From contig NC_043000.1 in the NCBI RefSeq assembly GCF_006345805.1, positions 52,390,001 through 52,454,000 on the forward strand: DNA of 64,000 bases, in the 5' to 3' direction. The notes under the pieces were generated by a model. It was not told where the DNA came from and did not search any database. It saw only the letters and a program-made list of their open reading frames with translations. A program made the translations under genes and the position numbers. Below, piece by piece: positions 51,586-63,048 of the stretch. This DNA is from Octopus sinensis. Lineage: Eukaryota. Each line of letters starts with the position of its first letter. The first letter of the stretch is position 1.

Positions 51586-53274
51586 GGAAGTGTTTGTGTT
51601 GGTTTGTCGGTTTGCGGTTGTGAGTTGGATTTTGCTGATTATTGTTGTTGAAAACTGTTGCGTCGTGTTGAACCCTATAATTGTTGAATTCTTTGTTGGG
51701 TATGCAAGACCAAACTTATGCGGGAGCAGCAGGCAAGGGCCTGGCTGCGAACGAATTACAGTTGGAAGAAATAAATATCGAGAAGGAAAATTTGAGGAAA
51801 TACTACGACAGTTTCAAGAAGGAAGGATACTGTCTGAGGGTTACACCACCTGAAGATGTGAAAGAAGCGGAGAAAAAATCATAACATACAGAACTTGGAA
51901 TGTGGTCTCAAAGAGAATAGAAGTAGCAGAGGTGGAAGAGATTGAGAAATGTCTACAGGAAATTAAAGGAAGAACTACCTTCTACAATAAAGGTAGAAAA
52001 TACGCTACGGTAGACGTTCATTTTGAAAATGAAGACGAAGCGAAGAAGAACCCAACGACAGTGTTGAGATCGGAAAAATGGTTTCTACTTCCCAATTATT
52101 GTGGAAAAGAGCAGTGAAAATACGAATAAGCAAAATATCACCGGAGCTTGATACAGAAAGAATAGTAGCTGCAATAATATACAATAGCAAAGAGAGCGTG
52201 GACATTCTTAAGGGGGAAAAATCGAAAGAAATAAACTGGTGGGGTTATGCGGTGCAAGCTTCAGTCCACATAACCATGCCATATTTGTATAACATGTCAG
52301 ATTTGTCCCGGAGGAGTTGGTGTTCCCCGACGTGACACGACTGAGAGTCGTGGTGGAGGGGAGATCTCCAGTGTGTTATAAATGTAAGAGCAGAGGGCAC
52401 ATGCAGGATGTGTGTCCTCAAAGAGAAATACAAGAGAAGAGGATAACACTGGAGGAAGGAATGGAGTCTTTGACTGAGGAGTTAGAAAAGGAGAATGTGG
52501 AATTGCATTCGGAAGAGGAAATCGTGAGAACAGATACTGCGGAAAGTGGCGATGAGTTAGTGAAGGAGAAAGAAAAGTAAAGAGCAGAAGAAAAAGAGGA
52601 TAGAAAGCGAACAAGGGTGGAATCACCACCCAAAGACCAAAAAAGGGAAAAACTAAAGAGAAGTCTGCCGACGAGACAGAGGTGGGGACACACGAAGGGA
52701 GAGATACAGCAACTAAAGTGAGTGAAGGTTCAACGTGGGATGAAACGAAAGAATGGTCAACAAAAGTGGAAGAATGTCTGAAAACATGCAAGGAAGGAGG
52801 AAGACCCAAAGGAAAAAAACTCAAAGCTGTAATGTTGTACAAAAAGGATAATGAAATTGAGAAAAAATTAGCGATAATGAAAAATCTAACGAGAGTGAAA
52901 TTGAACCCGAGGATAAACGATAACCAAATAAAGGCTGCAATTGTGTATAAAGAGACGGTAAATAAATTAATAAATTTGTTTACAAATACAGCTGTGTGCC
53001 TAGCGCACTACGTTCGATATGACAGTTTGCCCGGCGTTATAGAACAGGATGAATTACTCGTTTACATTACTGACGAATTACTCTAGATAGTACAACTGTA
53101 ATTGTAAATGAAACTGCGAGCTTTGGGGGGCTCGTAAGCCATTTCATTTAATTCATTATTAATATTTCAGTTCATATCATCCTTTCTGTATTTTTGTTAT
53201 ATGTACCCCATGTCCTGTATTGTATTGTTATGTCCCCTCTTCATTCAGGCCATTGTGCCTATAATAAATATTTT
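51586..53274 (+). mobile_element. ORF1-only (HAL1-like) non-LTR element, L1/Tx1 type
   Basis: 16-bp flanking duplication aactagcagg[g/a]ctcgc (51570-51585, 53275-53290), GT-rich 5' UTR, ~190-bp 3' UTR with AATAAA at 53263-53268, and no RT or endonuclease. Confidence 0.75.
51702..53086 (+). pseudogene. L1/Tx1-like ORF1 nucleic-acid-binding protein (~460 aa before decay)
   Basis: N-terminal TYAGAA; RNP1-like KYATVDVHFENEDEAKK; KIRISKISPE; LRVVVEGRSPV-CYKCKSRGHMQDVC (CX2CX4HX4C at 52374-52415); charged C-terminal half. At least 4 frameshifts. Confidence 0.85.
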
Positions 53275-53293
53275 AACTAGCAGGACTCGCTAT

Positions 53294-53338
53294 CCTGGAC
53301 TGATGACGGGTAAGACCCAGAAACATGCATTCTTCAGG
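53294..53338 (+). ncRNA. Type I hammerhead ribozyme motif
   Basis: cctgga-CTGATGA-c.gggt.aag.accc.a-GAAA-c.atgcat-TC-ttcagg, with predicted cleavage after 53332. Stem I extends via aggactcgc/gtgaatcct beyond an internal loop. Confidence 0.8.
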
Positions 53339-54759
53339 TGTGAATCCTAGCAGGTGGGCGTGCTTGCATCCCCTTCGCAAATATAAGGACACAGGTAATG
53401 TGTCAAAGCCGACAGGAAGCGTCGATGCTTCCTAGGGCTAAATTGCGTTGGTGTAATTCCCTTACGGGACTGTCACGTTATGTTGACAGTATACAACCAC
53501 TCTATTGCTCCACCACCGCCCATGTCTCTTTGAGACATTTAGAAATTCAATATTTCTAATATATATATGTAGATATATACACACAAACACACGCTCATAC
53601 ACACGTACACTATATTTATATATAACCCTTACACAAACACACTCTTCTGTATGTAGAACCAAAAAAGGACTCACTGGTGTTTATCACACAATGCTTAATG
53701 TTAATAGGAAAGCACTGCAAATGTAAGATGTATAACGGAAACGTGTACCTTGAATAACTGTAATTTTTGGTAGCATGGTTACAATACTGATGCTGTATCT
53801 AGAAGAGAATGCAATGATTTAGAGGAGAATAAAAGCCTACAACAAAGCTATTTGATCAATAGTTATATTCTTGATGTGTCCTCCACATACATATAATCTA
53901 ACAAAATAATGGATGTCAGAAATAAGCATAAACGAAAACAAGTTGAGATATTTTGTGTATAACAAAATTTCATACACAATTCTGTTTCAGAAATGTGAAA
54001 GGAAGCACATGCTTGATGGGATTTGATTCAATGTGCTCCTCCAAATCCATTCAATTGCACTACATTATATTGATGTAAGAACTATATAGTATCTCTTTTT
54101 CGCTCAAAGCCATTCAACAGAATGCTTGGAAAGCCTAGTTTAACGTTTAAGATGCAGTAAATTCCTTGACACATATTATCGACAACAAGCACATGAAAAG
54201 TAAATAAGTATATTCCTAACTTTGAGGTATATATCATTTAATTCAGTTCCCTTCCTTTTTTATAACAATATTAGTATATAATATATAATATTCAAGCCAA
54301 TTGTTCCTGCTAAAAGTCTGAAATGTACGTAGTTTTGAAGTAAAAATACACACTACTTGTAAATACTCCTGTTGTGAATGGTAAGAAACCCTCAAGAGAA
54401 CTGAACAACAGAAGGTCTTCAGAGACGAAACCCACCCGAGGCAAATGTTTTGGTCCTTAAATCCTTACACGGTAAGGGGTGGGACTGCATCCAGTTTATG
54501 ACACACACGTACTCTATTGCTAACACTTTTAACCATTTGCATATCAAAAGCGTGCATTTAAACCGCTTCGTGTTTTATCTGCTTGTAACTCCTCTCAGTT
54601 GACTCAGCTTCCAACCTCATCTTTAAAGAAGTAATAACGTTTGTTGTCATGATAGCGATGAAACACCAACGCTATCACAATGTCTCACTCAGGTTTTATT
54701 TCTCTAGACATTAAAATACGAAAAGATATTGCCTTCAAACAGTATGGAGGTCGTTGTGT

Positions 54760-56520
54760 TCCTCCTCAACCAGATCAAACCGGAAACATTAACCTTTTCT
54801 CTGATATTGCCGTTAGGGCTTTCGTCCTGTTCTTCTCAGAGACGAACCTAATCATAGTTGCCACAAAACCTCCGGATCCAATTTCTATGGCGAGATCCTT
54901 GATTCGGACGGTGGTTATTGGCCAGAATGGCATATTCTTCGGTCATGAATACGTTTGCTTCTTCTATTCAATTTTTTAAAAGCACGGTGAATTCAATGAA
55001 ACTCATTTGCATTGATCAACTGGAATGGTGTATGGTTTCCCGCCTCAAACTTCACCTCCTGATGGTTTCTGATTGTCTTTTGATCTTGGAAAGTCTGCTG
55101 AACACTCCAGATCCTCCGCACCACCATGCCCTGTATGGTATAGTTCCGCCTTGACATGATTTGCTGCCTCCTCCCATGTAGAATATTGTTAGAGTTTCTG
55201 TTTTTACTATTGCCTCCATATCACGTGTACGCTCTGTTCAGCACCTGCTTTTACTTCTAGGTTTTATTCGATGGCAGGACATTATAGGGTCCAGTAGTCC
55301 CGATGGGCTTGCTGTTCTACCTTCCAGATTATTATGGCATAAGAAAAATCAGATTTCTCCTCTGATTATCTGCCGTAAAATCAGATCTTTCTTCAGCTTT
55401 CCCTTGGCTTCTGATTACCATTCCATTTGGTTTCAGTATGTCTCATTATGATCAGAGAAATAATTATTTCTCCGAAAGGTTTCCATTAGGCGTGTAAAAA
55501 AAGGAAGAGAATGCCTTACGGCTTTGTCTTTCGCTTCCTAAAGAATGGTTTAGTGTTTTGCTTTACCGACTTTGTATTCCTCAACTATGGACTTGAGATG
55601 TATCTCCAGCTTTGCAGAGCAACAATTAGAGTGCAATATCGGCAAGGCCGGCTGGAACACTAAGCAACTTCCTTACACTTTCTGATTTTGACTTCCATAT
55701 CTTCCACTTTGTTAGTAGTAACATACTAAATCAGCAGAGGCTAGAAAATCTTTGGGATTAAACTTGAACTGCAAACACCAAACCTTGTGTTTGCCAGAGT
55801 GGCCACACTATTCTATAACCTTACGAATACTTTCCGCTATTTTGGGGCTTCGGTTCCCTTTTTCGTATCTTTCAGGGGTCGTCATATAATCTTCATATAA
55901 CCTTCTGAAGCTTTGTCTGATTTCTCAGCCATTTTGGTGATATTGTGATTGGGAGCGTTGAACACGATTGGTTCCGCTTATCGTGGAAAGGAATGTGGTG
56001 TTGTCTATGAAGGCTGTTAGAGGTGGTTTCCAAAATATCTCCTCTCCTCTCCATGTTCTGTTGGAGCTGACCATCACTTTGCTGCCCTCAAGACGTCCTC
56101 TGTTGCCAACATAAACATACAAGGGAGTACACGCTCCATTGCTATGTTTACAGCCAAGTTGATTCTGGCGGCTGTTACTCTTTGGGGGAGAATAGCATAG
56201 TGAAACCACGAAAATAACTTTCCAATTTTTCTCGATTGTCTTTGGAGTAGTTGAATCAGTATGTGTGTGACCAAATCGTAGGCATTCTTCAGATCGAACC
56301 ATACGACATAAATATTTCTCTTTTCTGCTCGAGCTCTTTCAGTTGCCTCTCAGAACATTGAGACATGTTCTACACAATACGACACTCCCACGATGCCTTC
56401 CTTCTGAACTGACATATTCAAATACTTATCGCCGACATAACAGAAACAATTTTTCTTTTGAATTAAAAGTGATATTGATCTGCTCTCATTAATCGGTCGC
56501 TGATCTTCAAGTTCTTCCAT
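54760..56520 (-). pseudogene. Decayed HERO-like RLE non-LTR retrotransposon (RT to C-terminal endonuclease)
   Basis: RSISLL, SVQKEGIVGVSYCVEH, VVWFDLKNAYDLVTH, KPPLTAFIDNTT, SGKHKVW, LKSIVEEYKVGK, FIEFTV and IEIGSGGFVA. Many stops. Confidence 0.8.
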
Positions 56521-57741
56521 TTTGACCCTATCATTTCATTCGATTTCCTACGGTTTTATTACAATATTAGTTTATGATCTTTTAGCCGATTAGTTTATAA
56601 TCTTTTAGCTGAATTGTACGCAGTTTGTACAAAATACACACCGCCTGTAAATACTGCTACCATGTTATTAAGCTCGTGCCATTGTATATAATCATAATTA
56701 TTTTCATTCATATTTTACCATTTCTTTAATCCATACACCGACGTCTTAAACAGACAAAAGTAATGTCCTATTTTTATTATTTCACTTTCCATATCCATCA
56801 TCGTTACTACATTCACTGGATCACCTGACAAATGTTAACTGAAACAGTGAAGTCCGCTTATTGTACCAAAATATGATACGATATTATAACTCCTTTATTT
56901 ACACCAAATCCCAGTTCAACGACAGCTACACAGAGAACATACGACTTCATGATGGTTAAACTTATTTATTTCACTTTACAATCCCCGTATATTCAGCGAT
57001 TACTGCATCAAGACCCCAAGTATTTCACTCACACTTGCACTCTGACAGTACACCTGCGTAAAGTACAAATAAAAGAGCCGATTCATGTTGCTACAATTGC
57101 TTCAAATATCAGTCAGATCTCCTTCAAAGGAAACTGTGACATATTGTACTAGGAAACTCATATTTATCACTTCAATGTCTATAAAGAAGCGAGGAATATC
57201 TTCGTGCATCATACAGATTCCAAGTTCTTCATCTTATTAATCGCATCACACTCGCGAATAGAATAGCTAACACCTAAGTAAAAATACATTTTGATTTGTA
57301 ATAAGCCTCCATACAGAGAAAAGGAAGCAAGTTCATCCTTCAGCTCAGCACTGCACCTTCATGAGATTTTTTCCATTACATTTTGCTCAACACCCAGTGT
57401 ACGCAGTCGCCTAGTCCCGACAATTATTCCAACACTTTAACAAAGCTACTATTTCGACAAAGTCACTTCTGGTACACAAACCAGTATTCTACAGGTCTAA
57501 ATTACCTCATCACGAACGTTTGAATAGAACTCAGATACTACAAAGCTTAGCATTGCCGAAGGCGTTTATATGTAGGATTCGACTATACACCCCTTATATT
57601 TTGAATTCAATCCTGGCAAGGACAACTTTGCTCTCCCTTTTTTCTTGGAGTGTCGATAAAGTAAAGACCACTCAAATGCTGAAGTCGGTTTCATTCTATA
57701 TAAAACTAGGACAATCAACTGTTCAGCAAATATTTACTCAC

Positions 57742-57786
57742 CAACTTGTTTGCTGCATTATTGAGTTCTGCTTCTCCTCGTTTCAT
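57742..57786 (-). CDS. Candidate isolated 45-nt exon (MKRGEAELNNAANKL)
   Basis: Acceptor tttcttacag, donor gtgagt, length divisible by 3, only one frame open. No partner exons identified. Confidence 0.35.
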
Positions 57787-58387
57787 CTGTAAGAAATATA
57801 TCAGACACGTTATTGTGTATAACCATACAATGAAGTCCAAGGGAGAGACCAGGCAAACACACACGTTTCTTTTATGGATCTTGCACTAAATAAACCTTTT
57901 CCAAATCAATCCTGTTCAGAATTGCAGCTGCCTTGAATTTTGTAACGATACTATAGATGTTTATGATTCAGATTGCTTCTATAAATATCGAATGCAGACA
58001 ACCATTAACAATGATAGCTTTATAGATCAAGAAATATACATTTATTCAGTGTGCATTAACTTTTTTTAATTCCCTGATGACTATTTCGGCAGGTGCAGTA
58101 GTTAATTTTCACCGAAGACATTAGTAATACCAAAAATATGTTCAGAATTATTTCTAATACATGACGAAAAGATTTCACAAAAGTCTAACACATACTCTTT
58201 TTACTCATCGTATATTTAACTTTAGTTAGCTTAGGATTTAATGATGGTTGTAAAAATGTTTAACACTAACTTGCGTAATATTTAGTTATATTAATCTCAT
58301 GCTTGCATTCATCTAAAATAAAAAAAATAGTCACATCTTCCATCTGAGTGTATGTTCTTTATATACATACATACAAACACGCACACA

Positions 58388-58458
<71 letters not shown>

Positions 58459-60559
58459 ATATATATATGTATGTATACGTATATATTCTAATGAGGTTTA
58501 TAATTCGTATCTATAAAAATATCTAATTAGTCCCGATTTGACATTTTATGATACATATCTTTCGCGTACCGTGACCTCAAGGTTAATGGTTTATTAGTAA
58601 TATATCTTATAATGGACATTTATAGATTATTGACATTTGATATAATCTAATTTTCAATGCTACTAACGAACAGAAACAAGAAGATTTCAGAATGGTTGTA
58701 ATAATCCTTCCTTTCATTTGTGCTTTAATATTAAGGAAATATGGTTAGCCTATTATCTAAAGTGTTTTTGAGAGAGAGTATTAATAATAATATAGAATGA
58801 ATATTAAAAAGCTAATTTTGTATCGGAAAACTGTTCAATACTTTTCAATCAGTCTGACGTATTTCATGTATTTATTCTTTCAAAGAAGGGACGGTGAAAA
58901 TAATGTTCGAACCAGGGATTATTTGCAGATCGAAATCAAGTATTTTAGTACTCCGTTAATGTTCGCAACATGTGGCTTTGAGATATATGAATTAATCAAT
59001 ACTATAATGTGTAAAAAGTGAATTGATTATAAAAAAAATAATATATCGTAAAGTATAGCTCAAGCTCATAACAAATCAACTGTGGTACCTTGCTTCTTTT
59101 TTGTAGTTTGTAGTTATTTGCTTAGATTTAGTCAAATACGTTACCTAGGAAAGATAGACGCTAACTGCAACATATTTTATTCTCAGTAAAATATTTGCGA
59201 TAATTCAAAGTAAACAAATATATCGTTTCAAATTAAGAATACGTGTTCTATAGTACTCAAGCTGAATCCTGGGTGAATTAAATACACTTAATTTTAACGG
59301 TACTTTTGTTAGTATTTATACAAGATTCGGAAATGTCAAGTGTCGTCATTTGTTCTGTACATTTCTTCCTTCTTTCTTTCATTAACTTGTATAATCTATT
59401 TAAAATCTATTTTCCATTTATAAAGATCAGTAATTAAATAGTGAGTTTTATGTAAACGGCTATATAGTGACTTGAACAATTTCGATTTGCTTTATTAATG
59501 TATTTATACTCTTAACTCTAAAGCGAATCCATGCAATAAAGGCAATAAATCTCATGTGCATTATATACATCCTATTTTAAAATAATATTTCTACAGGTAA
59601 TTTCTATTTGAGTGTTCTATTACCCATGTAATCTTCAGTTGGCAGTAATTTAGTTGTGTATTAAATGCTGAAGCATGGTAATAGCTTTTATTATAAGGTG
59701 TCACACTCTTGATTAAAATGCTGTGCTTCTGTAAACAGTCAATATTATCGCAGTGACGTTACACATTTAATGACACTAAACAGACTCTCATTTTACTCAA
59801 TAATTGCAAAAGAAGAGTTTTAAACATAGAGATCAGAGTCGATAATCTTTGAACACCAAGATTTGATATTATTATTACATGCCCGTTTTTGATTCCCCAT
59901 ATCAACGTAAATGACTGGTTCTTCTGTTTTAGATATGTAAACGTCAGTCTACAATAGAGGACGTACACGGAGTTACTGTATCTGTTTCTGACAGTTAAGA
60001 TAATAGAACCGATTTAAGTATAACTTCTCAAGATGAAACACAGTACCATGAATTAATAAAAACCTAAACACCTAGAGAATATGAATGTTGAGCTCTTGGA
60101 CGTCTAATAAACTAAAGTATTGATTCAAAACTTTGGTAATTTGATCCTTGATCCAATTGTTAAATAGTTATCAGTTGGAGTTGATGTGTTCGACTTCTCA
60201 TCGCCTCCCAATATGTAGCCGTATAACAAAACTAGAAATCAATATATAAATATATAGTATTGAAATAGATGATACTGGTGCCTAGCTTTAGATAGATTCA
60301 ACAACCTGATTAGTAAATAAACATAGTAGAATCAATGCATTTTTTGAACTTCATTACTAAATTTCGAATCTTTGGAGAGAAGGAAGGGCTATCGAAGACG
60401 GGAAGTTTTCGACATCTTTACTGAATGGAACATAGCAACACGTCAAATAAACTTTGTTCTACTTTCCTGCTTCCGTCATTTGCCAAACTATGTTCAATTA
60501 CAAAGCGAACCCATTAACATAATTATAAATTTGAAATAGAAATACAAAAAGCTTATGCA

Positions 60560-60735
60560 CTAGCAAGTGTGGTATTGTGGTAAGAATTTCGTCTCGCAAT
60601 CACATGGCGCCAGGCTCAGTCCCGCTGCGTGGTGACCTGAGCAAATGTGTTTCTACTATAACCTGAGGACGATCAAACCCTTGTAAATGCAGTTGATAGA
60701 CAGAAACTGAAAGAAGCCTATCATGTATATATATA
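60560..60735 (+). mobile_element. 5' half of SINE family A; its 3' half resumes at ~63085-63190
   Basis: gtgtggtattgtggtaagaattt...gaaactgaaagaagcctatc matches the head; tgtttacgtcttctgtaacttagcggttcggc at ~63120 matches the 3' half. Confidence 0.8.
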
Positions 60736-60737
60736 TA

Positions 60738-62711
60738 CAGTACTGAAAACATTATATATTTTGCTCCTTTGGTTATTGAAATGAGACAAATAAGTTTAAA
60801 TCATATGAATTTTCACAGTAACTACTGTACATTCTCTGACTTTGATTTTGGCTGCGGCTTATACGGTTTCTCGTGATATCTGGCAATAATAAGCTTCTGT
60901 TGTGTGACAACACTAAATCGCATTAAGCAACTCAGCTGCTTCAACCCACATAGTCGAGTAGTGGCCGGTGTAGGGTGCTTGTTTGTGTTCTAATGACTTT
61001 TTAGTTACTCCGTGTTGTATTAGTTACAAATTAATGTACTAAGTTGCACATAAAGTATAACGTAGTATTTCAATTCCAGGTCGAGATGGGTGAACTACGA
61101 GATCTTAGTCCCCATAAAACTGGACAAATAGAAGTGTATTTGAGGGATGCCCAATTTAAACAGAGAGAAATTGCAAAGAAACTAAATGTTTCAACTCAGA
61201 CAATTAGTGCAATTAAGGAATAAATGGATAAGAACGCGGATTTGATGGCAAAAATGGTTGGTAACTGTGGTAGGAAACGAGTAACAACTCCTAGGATTGA
61301 TAGAAAAATTAAAAAATTTCTCTCAACAATAGAAGAGCATCTTGTAATAAGAATTCCTGCGAATTAATGGAACAGAACATCATTGTGCCTCGAAGAACAT
61401 TTAACAATATACTTTTGAAAGGTGGATTACACGCATATCGTCCAAGGAAAAAAAGAATATGCATGGGCTAAAAATCATATTGCATGGTCTTCTGAGCAAT
61501 GGGAGCAGGTAGGGCTATCTAAAATAGTAGATTAGGGTTTGCTTATATTATATCCATGATAAAATATGATATTATTGATAAAATAAGATGTTGTCATTTC
61601 AGTTATCAAACCAGCTTTATAAAGGATTATTTAAAAATAGCTGTTAAATATTGATTGTCATAGACTGAAACAATAAGTTATTCTAGATGTATTATTAATC
61701 AAATATGGTTTTCAATTGTTGCAGGGGGTGCTTTCGGGTGAATCTACCATATCAGTGCTTGATGATCGGGTACAAAGCGTACAAAGCGTGAGAAGGACGC
61801 TTGGTGAAGAATTTCGTCCGGATTGTCTTCAAAAAACACTAAACTTTTCACATTTTACCTGCACTTTCCATAGTCTCTGTAATTCAATGGCTAGGCCCTG
61901 GTATTTTGCTATGTTTTTCTATACCTTACTACATTATGTTTTTCATTATTTTGGGATTGCAAATAAAATAAATACCAGTTGAGCATTAGGTTCGATGTAA
62001 TTGACTCATCGCCTCCTCCAAAATGGCTGCCTTTGTGGCACAATTTGAAACCATTATTATTATTTTCATATACACACTATAGATTAGACTGCTGCAAAAG
62101 TAAAATTCCTAACATCGGGCTACAACAAGCAGACTTAGATGCCAAGAACCTCCTAAGTATTCTGGTTTGGGAGACCCTTTCTGCCCTTGGAACTTGCCAC
62201 CTGAAGATAATAAACCAAGAGAGCTACAGAGAGGTACTTAGAAGTAGACTAATGCCACAAGTACGGGAATAGTATGGAGACAGGTCTTGGATATTCTAAC
62301 AGGACTCGGCATCATGCCATACATTAAAATCGGTATAGACATGGCTCGCCGAAAATGCCGTTAACGTACATTCATGGCCTGGAAATTCACATGGTATGAG
62401 TCCAATTGACAGCCTATAGTCTCTGTTGAAATATGAAATACATCAATCCTCTATCACAACCAAATGCTTCCTTATTGAGCACCTTATATACGTTTGGTTC
62501 CATTCGGACAGAATCAAGGATTTGTGCAGAATACTAGTTCATGGCATGCTTTGACGTGTAGAAGCCCTTAATTCTGCTATAGGAGGACAAACTGACTACT
62601 GTAATACTGGTTCTGCATAAATAATAGGAAATACATAAATGTACTAAATTTTACCCCTATATATCGAAATATCAAAACTTTCAAAAATCCATAATAATGA
62701 TTCCAGTACTG
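60738..62711 (+). mobile_element. Tc1-family transposon with both TIRs and TA TSD; transposase pseudogene with an intron
   Basis: TIRs cagtactgaaaacattat / (rc) cagtactggaatcattat. ATG at 61086; GRKRVTTPRIDR; QWEQ|intron 61509-61724|GVLSGES (from VxFSDES); SILVW; F*QDSASCH; WPGNS; GGQTDY at ~62600. Confidence 0.93.
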
Positions 62712-62844
62712 TATATATAAATATATATTGAAAAATAAAAAGATTATATTGTGAATAATATAGAAGATATTTGGCAATTGCCAAAAAGACCCCAAACACT
62801 GACATACTTTCTCTGTCTCTCACACAGACACACACGTATGTGTA

Positions 62845-62887
<43 letters not shown>

Positions 62888-62922
62888 GTATATATATATA
62901 TATGTATATATATATATGTATA

Positions 62923-62969
<47 letters not shown>

Positions 62970-63016
62970 GTATGTATGTATATCTATCTATCTATATATC
63001 TATCTATCTATCTACG

Positions 63017-63045
<29 letters not shown>
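62845..63045. repeat. Imperfect (TA)n microsatellite
   Basis: Direct reading. Confidence 0.95.

Positions 63046-63048
<3 letters not shown>

Larger units (their letters stand above)
51393..53560 (+). mobile_element. Retrozyme-like element (351-bp unit, 1.3 copies) interrupted by an ORF1-only insertion
   Basis: 112-bp direct repeats 51393-51504 / 53449-53560 (6 mismatches), hammerhead at 53294-53338, and 14-bp complementarity between 51541-51554 and 53372-53385 across the insertion. Confidence 0.75.

Noticed and set aside
51393-53560. LTR retrotransposon or DIRS/Ngaro interpretation
   Set aside because: The repeats lack TG...CA ends, and I found no PBS, PPT, pol or tyrosine recombinase. The internal 16-bp duplication and cross-insert pairing fit an insertion into a smaller unit better.
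55925-56302. ORF read as an AP endonuclease (CYSPPKS)
   Set aside because: The overlapping frame carries clear RT motifs (VVWFDLKNAYD), so this frame is incidental.
58072-58130. CTGATGA at ~58074 as a hammerhead
   Set aside because: No GAAA in register and no convincing stem I or III. The CTGATGA hits near 16330 and 63901 fail in the same way.
60110-60345. Minus-strand short secreted-peptide gene (…LLYGYILGGDEKSNTSTP…)
   Set aside because: It needs a frameshift in the putative signal exon, the splice phases do not match and the donor is weak.
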